Shown: positions 48,662 through 57,820, numbered from the stretch's first letter. The stretch: DNA of 64,000 nt from Deferribacterales bacterium (GCA_050253075.1 JBFWJS010000002.1:320001-384000), one strand, 5' to 3'. Notes: a model not told the origin generated them from the letters alone. A program made the numbers and translations.

Positions 48662-49723
48662 ATGAAGAAAAAAATAACAGCCGCAAGCCTTTCGACAGGC
48701 TTTCTCAGGCTGGCAGCCATAATGGCTCTGACAATAGGCATGATGGGAGTAATGAACATGAACGCACATGCTGAGAATCCCGAAGGATGGGATAAAACAT
48801 TCGACAAAAGCGATAAGGTACAACATCAGAAGGTACAGTACCGCAACAGATACGGCATAACACTCGTGGCCGACATGTATTCACCTTTGAAAATGACAGC
48901 AGGCAGGAAATATCCCGCACTGATCGTCGGCGCACCATACGGCGGCGTTAAAGAGCAGGGACCCGGCAGATATGCACAGGAAATGGCAGAAAGAGGCTAT
49001 GTCGCCATCGCCTTTGACCCTTCATACAACGGTGAAAGCGGAGGCTATCCGAGACAGGTATCTTCCCCTGACATCTTTGTCGAGGACTTCAGCGCAGGTG
49101 TAGACTTCCTCGGCACACGTCCATACATAGACAGGGAGCGCATCGGCGTAATAGGCATATGCGGAAGCGGAGCATTCTCCATCAGCGCAGCAGCTATAGA
49201 CCCACGCATCAAAGCCGTGGCGACTGTCAGCATGTATGACATGACAAGGGTAAAGGCAAAAGGCTGGATGGACTCCATGACAAAAGAGCAGCGTCAGGAA
49301 TACCTTGTAAAACTCGGTGAACAGCGCTGGAAAGAGTTCGACGGGGCGAAGCCTGTGACTCTGGGACTGCCCCCTGCAATAGACGAAAACACAGACCCTA
49401 TCACAAGGGAGTTCTATGAATATTATCTGATGCCGCGCGGTTACCACCCACGCTCCACAGCACACTTTACCATGACCAGCGACACGGCTTTCATGAACTT
49501 TCAGCTCTTTAACCATATAAAAGAGATTTCTCCACGCCCGGTACTCTTCATCATGGGCGAAAACGCACACTCACGCTACTTCACAGAGGATGCATACGAG
49601 ATGGCAGCAGAGCCGAAAGAGCTCTATATAGTTAAAGGCGCAGGACACGTTGACCTTTATGACAAAATGGATATTATCCCTTTTGACAAGCTGGAGTCAT
49701 TCTTCAACACTAATCTGAAGTAA
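48662..49723 (+). CDS. Alpha/beta hydrolase (YcjY-like, Cys nucleophile) with signal peptide
   Basis: NRYGITL; PYGGVKEQ; FDPSYNGESGG; GICGSG; HVDLYD. Confidence 0.88.
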   Translation: MKKKITAASLSTGFLRLAAIMALTIGMMGVMNMNAHAENPEGWDKTFDKSDKVQHQKVQYRNRYGITLVADMYSPLKMTAGRKYPALIVGAPYGGVKEQGPGRYAQEMAERGYVAIAFDPSYNGESGGYPRQVSSPDIFVEDFSAGVDFLGTRPYIDRERIGVIGICGSGAFSISAAAIDPRIKAVATVSMYDMTRVKAKGWMDSMTKEQRQEYLVKLGEQRWKEFDGAKPVTLGLPPAIDENTDPITREFYEYYLMPRGYHPRSTAHFTMTSDTAFMNFQLFNHIKEISPRPVLFIMGENAHSRYFTEDAYEMAAEPKELYIVKGAGHVDLYDKMDIIPFDKLESFFNTNLK

Positions 49724-49747
49724 CACGGACACCCATATTAAAACTCT

Positions 49748-49824
49748 GAGCCTCGCTGATTCGGGGCTCTTTTTTTGACCGGGGAGACATAATGAAAAAG
49801 CCCGCCATAAAGACGGGCTTTTTT
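49748..49824. terminator. Pair of intrinsic terminators between convergent genes
   Basis: GAGCCTCG..CGGGGCTC-T7 and AAAAAGCCCG..CGGGCTTTTT. Confidence 0.8.
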
Positions 49825-49868
49825 CTACTAGGAGGTTTGCAGTTAAATTGCGTTGCTTATTGCTTCTG

Positions 49869-50501
49869 TTAGAATGAAACGGCGAGCTCTCTCGCTTTAA
49901 CTTTCGCACTTTCCACCGTATCTGCTGTTTTAGCAGGGACAGCGTCCAGACCGTCAGCCACGATGGACTGTACGTCGGTGATACCGAGAAACTTCAGAAG
50001 AGATTCTACGTAAGGTGTGCAGAAATCCTCTGAATTACCGAAGTGGAATCCGCCGTAAGTGGAAACCAGAATTGCCTTCCTCGGCTTATCATTCAGGAGC
50101 CCTATCGGACCCTTCTCTGTGTATCTGAATGTTTTGCCTACTATTGTGATGTTGTCTATGTACTTCTTCATCTCTGCGGGACAGGAGAGGTTCCACATTG
50201 GGAAAGAAAAAACATATACATCTGCAGACATGAACTGCTCTGTCAGTTCGCCCACTCTCGCGAGCTTATGTTTCTGGATATCAGAGAGTTCATCAAATCC
50301 CTTACCCTGCTGAAGCATGCCCCAGGCATTGAATATATCTTTATCAAGTCCGGGCAGTTCACAGGAGAAAAGGTCCAGCTCTTCGACCTCTGCGTCAGGA
50401 TGCTTCTCTGAGAAGTTTTTGATAAATTCATCACTGATCGCGATAGTTCTGGAGCTGTTGCTGTCCTTCATATTACATTTTACATAAAGAACTTTTTTCA
50501 T
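49869..50501 (-). CDS. azoR: FMN-dependent NADH-azoreductase/quinone reductase
   Basis: FPMWNLS.PA.MKKYID; GKTFRYTEKGPIGLL; FLGITD. Confidence 0.88.
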   Translation of the reverse strand: MKKVLYVKCNMKDSNSSRTIAISDEFIKNFSEKHPDAEVEELDLFSCELPGLDKDIFNAWGMLQQGKGFDELSDIQKHKLARVGELTEQFMSADVYVFSFPMWNLSCPAEMKKYIDNITIVGKTFRYTEKGPIGLLNDKPRKAILVSTYGGFHFGNSEDFCTPYVESLLKFLGITDVQSIVADGLDAVPAKTADTVESAKVKARELAVSF

Positions 50502-50520
50502 TTTCTCACCTCGAAATAAA

Positions 50521-51183
50521 TTATTTACCTAAGATACGCAGGAACAGTGTCTTGAGTTTTTCCGGAACTTCTTCCGTTGTCACTGTTCCCAAAATGGCTT
50601 CGTCACATCCGCCACGAAAGCTGTAAAACATTGTGACCGCTGTCCAGTGCGGATCTTCTATATTCCACACACCTGCATCGGCGCCGTCTATTATTATAGT
50701 TTTAAGACTCTTTGTTATCTCTGCATCTGCCATGGTGTTTCTGAAAGGCATACCGGAACCGTATATAGCAACGTCGTGCATCTCGTTCAGTTCGAAATAT
50801 GCCCTGACGGCACCGTCCACCCACGCCTTTATCTTTGATATATGGTCGTCAGGCTCACAGGCCGAAACCGCAGGAATGACACGAGCCATAGCCTCTTTTT
50901 CAAAGTCCTCACGCATAGCCTGAAGGAGCTCTGCCTTGTTTTTGAAATAATGATAAAGCGTCCCCTTCGCCACATTTGCGGCGGAGGCTATCTCGTCCAT
51001 GGTTGCTTTGTCGTAGCCCTTTTCTATAAACAGACTGCTGGCTGCCTCAAGCAGAAGAGATCTTTTCCCGTCGGCATTGCGGGGTCCTGTCGGAGCGCCT
51101 ATCTTACGTGATTTCTTTATCTTTTTAGCTTCCAAAACATACTCCTGAAATGCATCTTCATGCGGCTTTCTATGATTTAACAT
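50521..51183 (-). CDS. TetR/AcrR-family regulator
   Basis: LLEAASSLFIEKGYDKATMDEIASAANVAKGTLYHYFKNK. Confidence 0.93.
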   Translation of the reverse strand: MLNHRKPHEDAFQEYVLEAKKIKKSRKIGAPTGPRNADGKRSLLLEAASSLFIEKGYDKATMDEIASAANVAKGTLYHYFKNKAELLQAMREDFEKEAMARVIPAVSACEPDDHISKIKAWVDGAVRAYFELNEMHDVAIYGSGMPFRNTMADAEITKSLKTIIIDGADAGVWNIEDPHWTAVTMFYSFRGGCDEAILGTVTTEEVPEKLKTLFLRILGK

Positions 51184-51192
51184 AATACCAAT

Positions 51193-51229
51193 TCGACCAT
51201 TAGTCAATTTTAAATTGACTCTTAGTCTA
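51193..51229. promoter_or_regulatory. Putative TetR operators
   Basis: Two GAC-N5-GTC units 22 bp apart (51195, 51217), joined by palindrome AGTCAATTT-T-AAATTGACT. Confidence 0.65.
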
Positions 51230-51291
51230 TTTTTATATAAATTAGCATCAGGAACACAGCATAAACACATTTATTTAAACAGGAGACGCAT

Positions 51292-53472
51292 ATGAGCGAG
51301 ATCAGAAAAAGCTATTGTGGACTATGCCACCCGAGATGCGGAACACTGCTGCATATCGAAGACGGCAAAGTTGTCAAAGTAACAGGCGACCCGGAACACC
51401 CCATAAACAGAGGCTCCATATGTGAGCGCGGACGCCTTATGCTGGACCACCTATATCACCCCGACCGCATAAACTACCCTATGAAGAGAGTCGGAGAAAA
51501 AGGCGAAGGAAAGTGGGAACGTATAAGCTGGGATCAGGCTCTCGATGAAGTCGCAGAAAAACTGCAGACATTAAAAGATAAATACGGAGCAGAGACACTC
51601 ACCTTTACCCACGGGACAAAACGCACATACCACTGGGACTGCCGCAGGTTCTTTAACCTTTTCGGCTCCCCAAACACATGCGGAGTGAATACCATATGCA
51701 TGTGCCCCAGCTATGCCACAGAGTTCGCCACATACGGCGGTATGATAATGGGCAGTGAAGTGCCTATGTCTAAGTGCATAGTGCTCTGGGGGTGCAATGC
51801 TTCACAGTCAGACCCTAACCTGCTCTATCCTATGATAATACACGCCAGAAAAGCAGGCGCGAAGCTCATCGTCATAGACCCCAGAAAGACGAGAGAAGCA
51901 GGCATGGCCGACCTGTGGCTGCAGATACGCCCCGGTACAGACCTCGCCCTCATGCTCGGCTGGATAAACCTCATCATTCAGGACGAGATGTATGATAAAG
52001 AATTTGTAAAAAACTATACCGTGGGCTTCGACGAGCTGAAAACGGAAGTTCAGAAATACACACCTAAATATGTCTCTGAGATAACAGGCGTTCCCGTTGA
52101 GGCCATTGTCGAATCCGCCACAATGTATGCCACCACAAAGCCAGGCGTCATTCCGTTCGGCTTCGGCATTGATAAGCAGGGGATAAACGCTACACAGTGC
52201 GCCAGAGCAAAAGCCATCATAAGAGCTATCACGGGCAACCTCGAAGTTCCCGGCGGTGAAGTGTTCAGTATGGCAGAAAACATAGGCAACATCCGTGACT
52301 GGACATACCTGGAGCTGAACGAAGCCATGCCCGAAGAGCAAAAAAGCAAACAGCTCGGTGCTGACAAGTATCCATTCTTCGGATATCCCGGATGGGAAAT
52401 GAACTCCGAGGCAAACAGTAAGCTCCCCGAAGGATATATGATGCCGCCTGAAAGCTGGCACAGCAACCTCGCCCACGCAAGGGAAGTCATGGATGCCATA
52501 GTCACAAAGAAACCGTATCCCGTGACAGCCGCCATAACACTTGCGAACAACCCGATGGTGGCACTGCCGAACACTCAAAAGGTATTCGAGGCTCTTAAAG
52601 CTCTTGAGCTTTATGTTGTGGTCGAATATTACATGACACCGTCTGCCGCACTGGCAGACTACATATTCCCTGCCGCCTCCACTGTGGAGACATCCGAGCT
52701 GTGGCTGACAAACAGGTTCTGCATGGCTTGTCCGCAGGGGATAGAGCCCCTTTACGAGCGCAGAAACAGCTATGACTTCTACAGAGGTCTCGGCATGCGC
52801 CTCGGACAGGCGGACCAGTGGCCCTGGGAAACAATAGAGGAAGTCTACGATCATTGTCTTGAGCCCGTGGGACTGACATTCAAACAACTGTCAGACCAAC
52901 ACGGTATCTTTGGCAGGATGGAATATAAGAGATACGAAAAATACGGCTTCGGCACACCATCCGGTAAGGTAGAGCTGAAATCGTCTATATTTGAAAAACT
53001 GGGCAACGACCCGCTGCCTAGATATAAAGAACCGCTCTGGAGCCCGAACGGCGACAAAGCCCTCACAGATGAATACCCGCTCATCCTTATAACAGGGAGC
53101 AGATTCATGCCTATGTACCAGTCCGAGCAGAGACAGATAGAAAAGGCACGTAAGAAGATGCCCGATCCTCTGGTCTCCATGCACCCCGATACAGCGAAAA
53201 AGCTGAAACTGGCAGAAGGCGACTGGGCAAAAATATCAACACTGCAGGGCTCTATACGCCAGCGTGTGAGGATAACAGATGCAATGGATCCGGGCATGGT
53301 GGACGTACAGCATTCATGGTGGTTCCCCGAGAGGAGTCCGAAGCTGCCAGAGCTATTCGGCGTGTTTGAGTCAAATGCAAACATGCTGTGCCCGGACGAC
53401 CATGAGCTATGCAGTCCGGAGATAGGGAGCTGGCCTCACTCGGCTCTGATGTGTAAGGTTGAAAAAGAGTAA
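51292..53472 (+). CDS. Cytoplasmic Mo/W-bis-PGD enzyme, acetylene-hydratase-like clade
   Basis: No signal peptide; CGLCHPRC..C; YHPDRINYPMKRVGEKGEGKWERISWDQAL; NTICMCP; GFGTPSGKVE; HSWWFPE; 726 aa. Confidence 0.85.
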   Translation: MSEIRKSYCGLCHPRCGTLLHIEDGKVVKVTGDPEHPINRGSICERGRLMLDHLYHPDRINYPMKRVGEKGEGKWERISWDQALDEVAEKLQTLKDKYGAETLTFTHGTKRTYHWDCRRFFNLFGSPNTCGVNTICMCPSYATEFATYGGMIMGSEVPMSKCIVLWGCNASQSDPNLLYPMIIHARKAGAKLIVIDPRKTREAGMADLWLQIRPGTDLALMLGWINLIIQDEMYDKEFVKNYTVGFDELKTEVQKYTPKYVSEITGVPVEAIVESATMYATTKPGVIPFGFGIDKQGINATQCARAKAIIRAITGNLEVPGGEVFSMAENIGNIRDWTYLELNEAMPEEQKSKQLGADKYPFFGYPGWEMNSEANSKLPEGYMMPPESWHSNLAHAREVMDAIVTKKPYPVTAAITLANNPMVALPNTQKVFEALKALELYVVVEYYMTPSAALADYIFPAASTVETSELWLTNRFCMACPQGIEPLYERRNSYDFYRGLGMRLGQADQWPWETIEEVYDHCLEPVGLTFKQLSDQHGIFGRMEYKRYEKYGFGTPSGKVELKSSIFEKLGNDPLPRYKEPLWSPNGDKALTDEYPLILITGSRFMPMYQSEQRQIEKARKKMPDPLVSMHPDTAKKLKLAEGDWAKISTLQGSIRQRVRITDAMDPGMVDVQHSWWFPERSPKLPELFGVFESNANMLCPDDHELCSPEIGSWPHSALMCKVEKE

Positions 53473-53479
53473 CAGACAT

Positions 53480-53512
53480 AAAAAAAGGTCAGTTAGAAAT
53501 GACTGACCTTTT
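53480..53512. terminator. Bidirectional intrinsic terminator
   Basis: AAAAAAAGGTCAGT..ACTGACCTTTT. Confidence 0.82.
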
Positions 53513-53516
53513 ATTT

Positions 53517-53744
53517 TTATAACTTATAGCCCGGCTTTTTATATAGCTTGTCCAGATTCGGCCTGATATCGACATCATAGACCTCTGATTTCCAGTCGGA
53601 AGGCTCGATCTCTTCTATCGCTACAGAGACAGAGCTTTCGCCTGCACCTGAATGCTTCATGATATCCTGAACGATGGCGTCGGCCATGCGCTCCTTCTCC
53701 TCTTCTGACCTGCCGGGGTACATTTTGATTATCACATGCGGCAT
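53517..53744 (-). CDS. 4-oxalocrotonate-tautomerase-family protein (PptA-like); in-frame Tat-like leader extends to 53873
   Basis: MPHVIIKMYPGRSEEEK...LYKKPGY; GAGGT RBS before Met-Pro. Confidence 0.85.
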   Translation of the reverse strand: MPHVIIKMYPGRSEEEKERMADAIVQDIMKHSGAGESSVSVAIEEIEPSDWKSEVYDVDIRPNLDKLYKKPGYKL

Positions 53745-53883
53745 AATACTTACCTCTTTATTCGTTTCTCCTGCGTGTGCCTTTGGCAATGAGTATGTAA
53801 AGACAACTGCACTACCGATATAGGTAACACATTTTTTAAGAAACGTCCTCCTGGAGTATTCGTTTTCAGACATAGCTTTCAAA

Positions 53884-54609
53884 TTACTTTCTGTCTGCCA
53901 GCACGTTTTTCAGCACTTCGGCGGCCGTATCGCCCTCTTCTGTGCCGACTTTTTCTGCTATGAGGGTTACGAACTCAGTGAGCTCTGCTTCCGTATTCCC
54001 CACGTTCATAGCTGCGCCTATATGATACTTGAGCTGTCCTGCCGTGCCTGAAAGGCTTGCGAGGGCCGATATTGTCACCAGCTCTCTCGTCTTATGATCG
54101 AGGACATCACGGATGAAGATATCCGCAAAGAGATGTTCCTTAAGGAACTGATCCATAACAGGGTTAAACTTCTGCCACTTAGCCTCAGGCGGAACCTCAT
54201 CCAGCCCTGAAAGCATCGCTCTTATCTTTGCGCCGTATTCATCTCTGTTTATATCAGTTGGCACGGGTGAGGCTGTCCTGCCCTCCACGTCTTTGATCCC
54301 CTGCTTTACCCTTTCATCCATCAGAACCATAAAGGCTGTCTGGGCATTCAGCGCACAGGGGAAGCCCACATAGGCATAAAGATGTGCGACGATCTCTTTT
54401 ATCTCGTTCACAGTGAGCCCCGACTCCAGACCTTTAACAAGGGCGGGCTTCAGCTTTGCTATATCTCCGTTTGCGGTGTAGGCTGAAATAAGCACTACAC
54501 TCTGCTCTTTCTTATCCAAGGCTTTATACTCCTTCGCATTTGATGTCACTGCCGTGACGATGAAGAGCGCGGCGGATAACACAAGTGTGATTATCTTTTT
54601 ATAATTCAT
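53884..54609 (-). CDS. Carboxymuconolactone-decarboxylase (CMD/AhpD)-family protein with signal peptide
   Basis: GLTVNEIKE..HLYAYVGFP; FLKEHLFADIF.RDVLD..TRELVTISAL. Confidence 0.85.
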   Translation of the reverse strand: MNYKKIITLVLSAALFIVTAVTSNAKEYKALDKKEQSVVLISAYTANGDIAKLKPALVKGLESGLTVNEIKEIVAHLYAYVGFPCALNAQTAFMVLMDERVKQGIKDVEGRTASPVPTDINRDEYGAKIRAMLSGLDEVPPEAKWQKFNPVMDQFLKEHLFADIFIRDVLDHKTRELVTISALASLSGTAGQLKYHIGAAMNVGNTEAELTEFVTLIAEKVGTEEGDTAAEVLKNVLADRK

Positions 54610-54616
54610 GGCTGAC

Positions 54617-55105
54617 CTACTCACCTTTATACTGCTTGTCGGTCACATGCTCCATCCATTCGACAGCCGAGCCTTCCACCACTTCCTGAATGGCGACATG
54701 AACGAGAGGAGTGCTCTCGGATGCGCCGTGCCAGTGCTTCACGCCCTTAGGGAAAAAGACGACATCGCCCGCTGAGACAGCTCTTTTAGGAAATCCTTCC
54801 TGCTGGACAAAGCCCGAGCCTGAAGTAACGACAAGCACCTGACCCGCAGGGTGTGTGTGCCATGCTGTTCTTGCGCCCGGCTCAAATGTTACATAGGCAC
54901 TGGTCACCCTTGTGGGTGCTTCAGGTTTAAGGAAGAGAGGGTCAACACTGACATCTCCCGTGAAAACTTTTTCCGAGCCTTTGAATGATGCCTGAGTGCC
55001 GTTTTTGAGCACTTTGATCTGTTCTTCGGCAGCGAAACCCGTGGCCGCCATTGATACGATCATGATTCCCATTGTGGAAACAAATAATAATTTTCTCAGA
55101 TTCAT
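54617..55105 (-). CDS. Cupin-domain protein with signal peptide
   Basis: [34 protein letters not shown]. Confidence 0.92.
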   Translation of the reverse strand: MNLRKLLFVSTMGIMIVSMAATGFAAEEQIKVLKNGTQASFKGSEKVFTGDVSVDPLFLKPEAPTRVTSAYVTFEPGARTAWHTHPAGQVLVVTSGSGFVQQEGFPKRAVSAGDVVFFPKGVKHWHGASESTPLVHVAIQEVVEGSAVEWMEHVTDKQYKGE

Positions 55106-55119
55106 GTTACCTCCAAAAG

Positions 55120-55518
55120 TTATGATTTATACTGTTCGTCGGACACCTTCTCCATCCATGCGACAGAGGATCCGTCGATCGATTCCTGTATTGCGATGTG
55201 CGTCATGGCCGTGTCCGGGCCTGCGCCGTGCCAGTGTTTTTCCCCTGCGGGGAACCACACGACATCCCCTGCCCTGATCTCTTCTATATCTCCGCCTTCA
55301 CGCTGAACTCTCCCGCAGCCGAATGTCACTATCAGTGTCTGGCCTGCGGGGTGCGTATGCCACGCTGTTCTTGCGCCCGGTTCGAATGTTACATAAGCAC
55401 CGGATGTCCTTGACGGGTCTTCCGGTTTAAGAAAGAGCGGATCCAGCCTGACAGTCCCTGTGAACCAGTCTTCGGGTCCTTGCATAGATGCCTGCGCTCC
55501 ACTTCTTGTAATCTTCAT
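55120..55518 (-). CDS. Cupin-domain protein (cytoplasmic paralog)
   Basis: [43 protein letters not shown]. Confidence 0.93.
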   Translation of the reverse strand: MKITRSGAQASMQGPEDWFTGTVRLDPLFLKPEDPSRTSGAYVTFEPGARTAWHTHPAGQTLIVTFGCGRVQREGGDIEEIRAGDVVWFPAGEKHWHGAGPDTAMTHIAIQESIDGSSVAWMEKVSDEQYKS

Positions 55519-55577
55519 TTAGATGCTCCTTTGTATTTGATCTTATTATTAAATATAGGGGCTGGATGTGCGTAATC

Positions 55578-55611
55578 GTTAGACCAATACTGCTGAATTC
55601 TTGCCCGATAC
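55578..55611 (-). promoter_or_regulatory. 34-bp operator copy D (upstream of cupin operon)
   Basis: GTATCGGGCAAGAATTCAGCAGTATTGGTCTAAC, 20 bp before TATATT. Confidence 0.75.
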
Positions 55612-55799
55612 AGCAAATCGGATATGGAGTGATAATTTTATCTGAGAATATGATGACGGTGCTTTTCTATGATCTATGTTCAGAAATCTTTCAAATACAT
55701 GACATTTATAAATCCCTACGGTTAAACCCGTGGTTCTATGCTTCGCACATGCTAATGCACGGAATTATGACTTCGTTGTCACAAGCTAGAGTATATGAA

Positions 55800-56063
55800 A
55801 AAAGCAAAGTAGAGATCAGCTTTTACCGTACATCTGACGGTAAAGAAATAGACTTTATACTGGACAACGGAAGCTCACTCACTGCCATAGAGATAAAGAG
55901 TGCAAAAACAGTAACCATGTCAGACTTTTAACATATCAAATATTTTGCAGAATCTACAAAAGGATTGCTGAAAACAGGTTACGTCATGTACAACGGCAAT
56001 AAAGTTCTCAGCTTCGGCGAACATGCCGGAACAAAACTTTACGCTGTACCCATATACCTTTAA
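55800..56063 (+). pseudogene. C-terminal remnant of AAA-ATPase/DUF4143 (PD-(D/E)XK-like) protein
   Basis: FYRTSDGKEIDFIL...AIEIKSAKTV..SDF*HIKYF...GYVMYNG; in-frame TAA at 55929-55931; ATPase part missing; left boundary approximate. Confidence 0.7.
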
Positions 56064-56084
56064 ACAAATCCCAGCAATGTAAAA

Positions 56085-57566
56085 TCATTTAAGTTTTTCT
56101 TCTAAAAAGGATACTAGTTTTTGAACATCTTCACTTTGTTCATCCAATAAAAACTCAACAATTTTATTAATAAGCAAAACTCTCGGCTTAGAAACATTTT
56201 CTAACTCATTTTCAATTCTATCAAATAGTTTTTTACCATTTGAATCGTTCAAATACTCTTTACTATTTTTATATTCCTGAATTAAATTACGTAAGCTTTT
56301 CAACATAAAAACGCTATCTTGTAAATGCTCATAAAGGTCTTGGTTAACATTATCGAACAAGTGATACTTTAAATATTTCTCTAAGCTTTTAATTGGTAGA
56401 TAGTTTAGAGGTATTACATTTTTAGAAATATTTTTTCTAATAAACTTTTGCGCATCATCTTTAACATCTGCATCTAAAATAATTATAATATTTGACATAT
56501 GAGATAATATTTTATTTCTAGTAACATCATAAGCCAGCGTAATTACATTTGTATATCCACCACAAGGTAAAACATGTACAAGCTTACTCGAACGTAATTT
56601 ATTTCTATCTAGCAAGTTGTCAATTAAATCTTTAGCTAACTCATCCTCAGCTAGTATCACATAGTCAAAACCAGCATGTACATACAAATCCCTTGTGGCG
56701 TAAGCAGGGTAGCAAGGGTTAATGACTTTCATCGAATTGTCATGAAATCTCTCTAAGTAGTATATATTCTCTGGTCTAATTGAACTAATTAATTCAATTG
56801 AATGAGTTGAAAAGTAAACTACAAAATTGTATTCTTCAGCAATTGACTCAATAAAACTGAGCAACCTCAGCAGTGCAGAAGGATGAAGTGCTAATTCGAT
56901 TTCATCAAGAAGAATAAGTTTTGGTTCAAGAGTGTCAGCTCCCCTCTCAATTCTTTTGTGCAAAGAATTCAATATACTTATCAGTAAGTTTTCCCCAGTT
57001 GACATATGGAACTGATTTATAATAATATTATTTTTTTTATAACAGAAAATCTCACCTTTAAGCCCAAGCTCTTCAGTAACATAGCGTTTATGAACTCTAT
57101 ATATTACTTCGTAGAACTCTGGATCATCCTGAAGAATCCTTCCTAAATTCTCCCGAATAAATTCATTGTAAACATTTAACTTGCTTTCATCAATACCAGA
57201 TAATTTACGGAGTGTTTCAACATTAGCATTTCTAAATCTATTTCCATAAATCAGACTACCCTCATAAAACCCTTTCAAATTGAAGCCATCGTCTTTTTTT
57301 GCTCCCCATTCCATATTATCTTTCACATAGTAATTTTTAGAAAATCCATTATAAGAAAAAGATATACGAGAATCTGAATTAGGAAATCCAAAATAATCAT
57401 CAAGAGCATTATTCCTATTAAAAAATGCACAGGATGCACAGGATATTAAGGTACTCTTACCAGAACCATTTAAGCCAGTTATAGCATATAGCCCTTTTTT
57501 TAAAGGAAGCTTGACTGTAAGTTTTTCTACAGACTTAATGTTATTTATTTCAACTATTAAATTCAT
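56085..57566 (-). CDS. ABC-type ATPase fused to TOPRIM-like domain (OLD-like architecture; candidate defence protein)
   Basis: Walker A GLNGSGKST, signature MSTGE, Walker B LLDEIELALHP, STHS; TOPRIM-like ILAED..LPCGG..ILDAD; markedly AT-rich. Confidence 0.8.
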   Translation of the reverse strand: MNLIVEINNIKSVEKLTVKLPLKKGLYAITGLNGSGKSTLISCASCAFFNRNNALDDYFGFPNSDSRISFSYNGFSKNYYVKDNMEWGAKKDDGFNLKGFYEGSLIYGNRFRNANVETLRKLSGIDESKLNVYNEFIRENLGRILQDDPEFYEVIYRVHKRYVTEELGLKGEIFCYKKNNIIINQFHMSTGENLLISILNSLHKRIERGADTLEPKLILLDEIELALHPSALLRLLSFIESIAEEYNFVVYFSTHSIELISSIRPENIYYLERFHDNSMKVINPCYPAYATRDLYVHAGFDYVILAEDELAKDLIDNLLDRNKLRSSKLVHVLPCGGYTNVITLAYDVTRNKILSHMSNIIIILDADVKDDAQKFIRKNISKNVIPLNYLPIKSLEKYLKYHLFDNVNQDLYEHLQDSVFMLKSLRNLIQEYKNSKEYLNDSNGKKLFDRIENELENVSKPRVLLINKIVEFLLDEQSEDVQKLVSFLEEKLK

Positions 57567-57631
57567 AATAACCTCTGATATAAAATAACTTAATCTCTCA
57601 TAAAAATATATTAGAATAATTGAATGGATTT

Positions 57632-57649
57632 TGCACCAGAAATGCACCA
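57632..57649. repeat. TGCACCA direct repeat (possible integrase arm-type sites)
   Basis: Copies at 57632 and 57643 beside the att-like repeat. Confidence 0.4.
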
Positions 57650-57696
57650 AATAAAAAAGCGGCTCTTGGGAAGCCGCTTCAGTCAAATCCTTAAGT

Positions 57697-57714
57697 AATC
57701 GGGGTGAAAGGATT
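57697..57714 (-). repeat. att-like duplicate of tRNA-Pro 3' end
   Basis: AATCGGGGTGAAAGGATT identical to 57819-57836; followed on the minus strand by its own terminator (57653-57679). Confidence 0.8.
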
Positions 57715-57774
57715 GAGCCCGAAACGAGTTCGGGCAATCACGAATATAACCTGACGAAATATGATTTTTAACGT

Positions 57775-57803
57775 AAAAAAGGCGATCCTTGGGAGATCGC
57801 CTT
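57775..57803 (-). terminator. tRNA-Pro terminator
   Basis: AAGGCGATC-N-GATCGCCTT with T-run on the minus strand. Confidence 0.8.
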
Positions 57804-57820
57804 AACTCTTTTCCTATAAA

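Noticed and set aside
51292..53472. Calling it a true acetylene hydratase
   Set aside because: Catalytic Asp13 is replaced by His
20182..53472. Selenocysteine recoding in the molybdoenzymes
   Set aside because: All three ORFs are full length with Cys at the expected ligand sites and no in-frame TGA
55620..57780. Retron or intact integrative element around the ATPase-TOPRIM gene
   Set aside because: No reverse transcriptase, msr/msd-like structure, integrase or transposase seen
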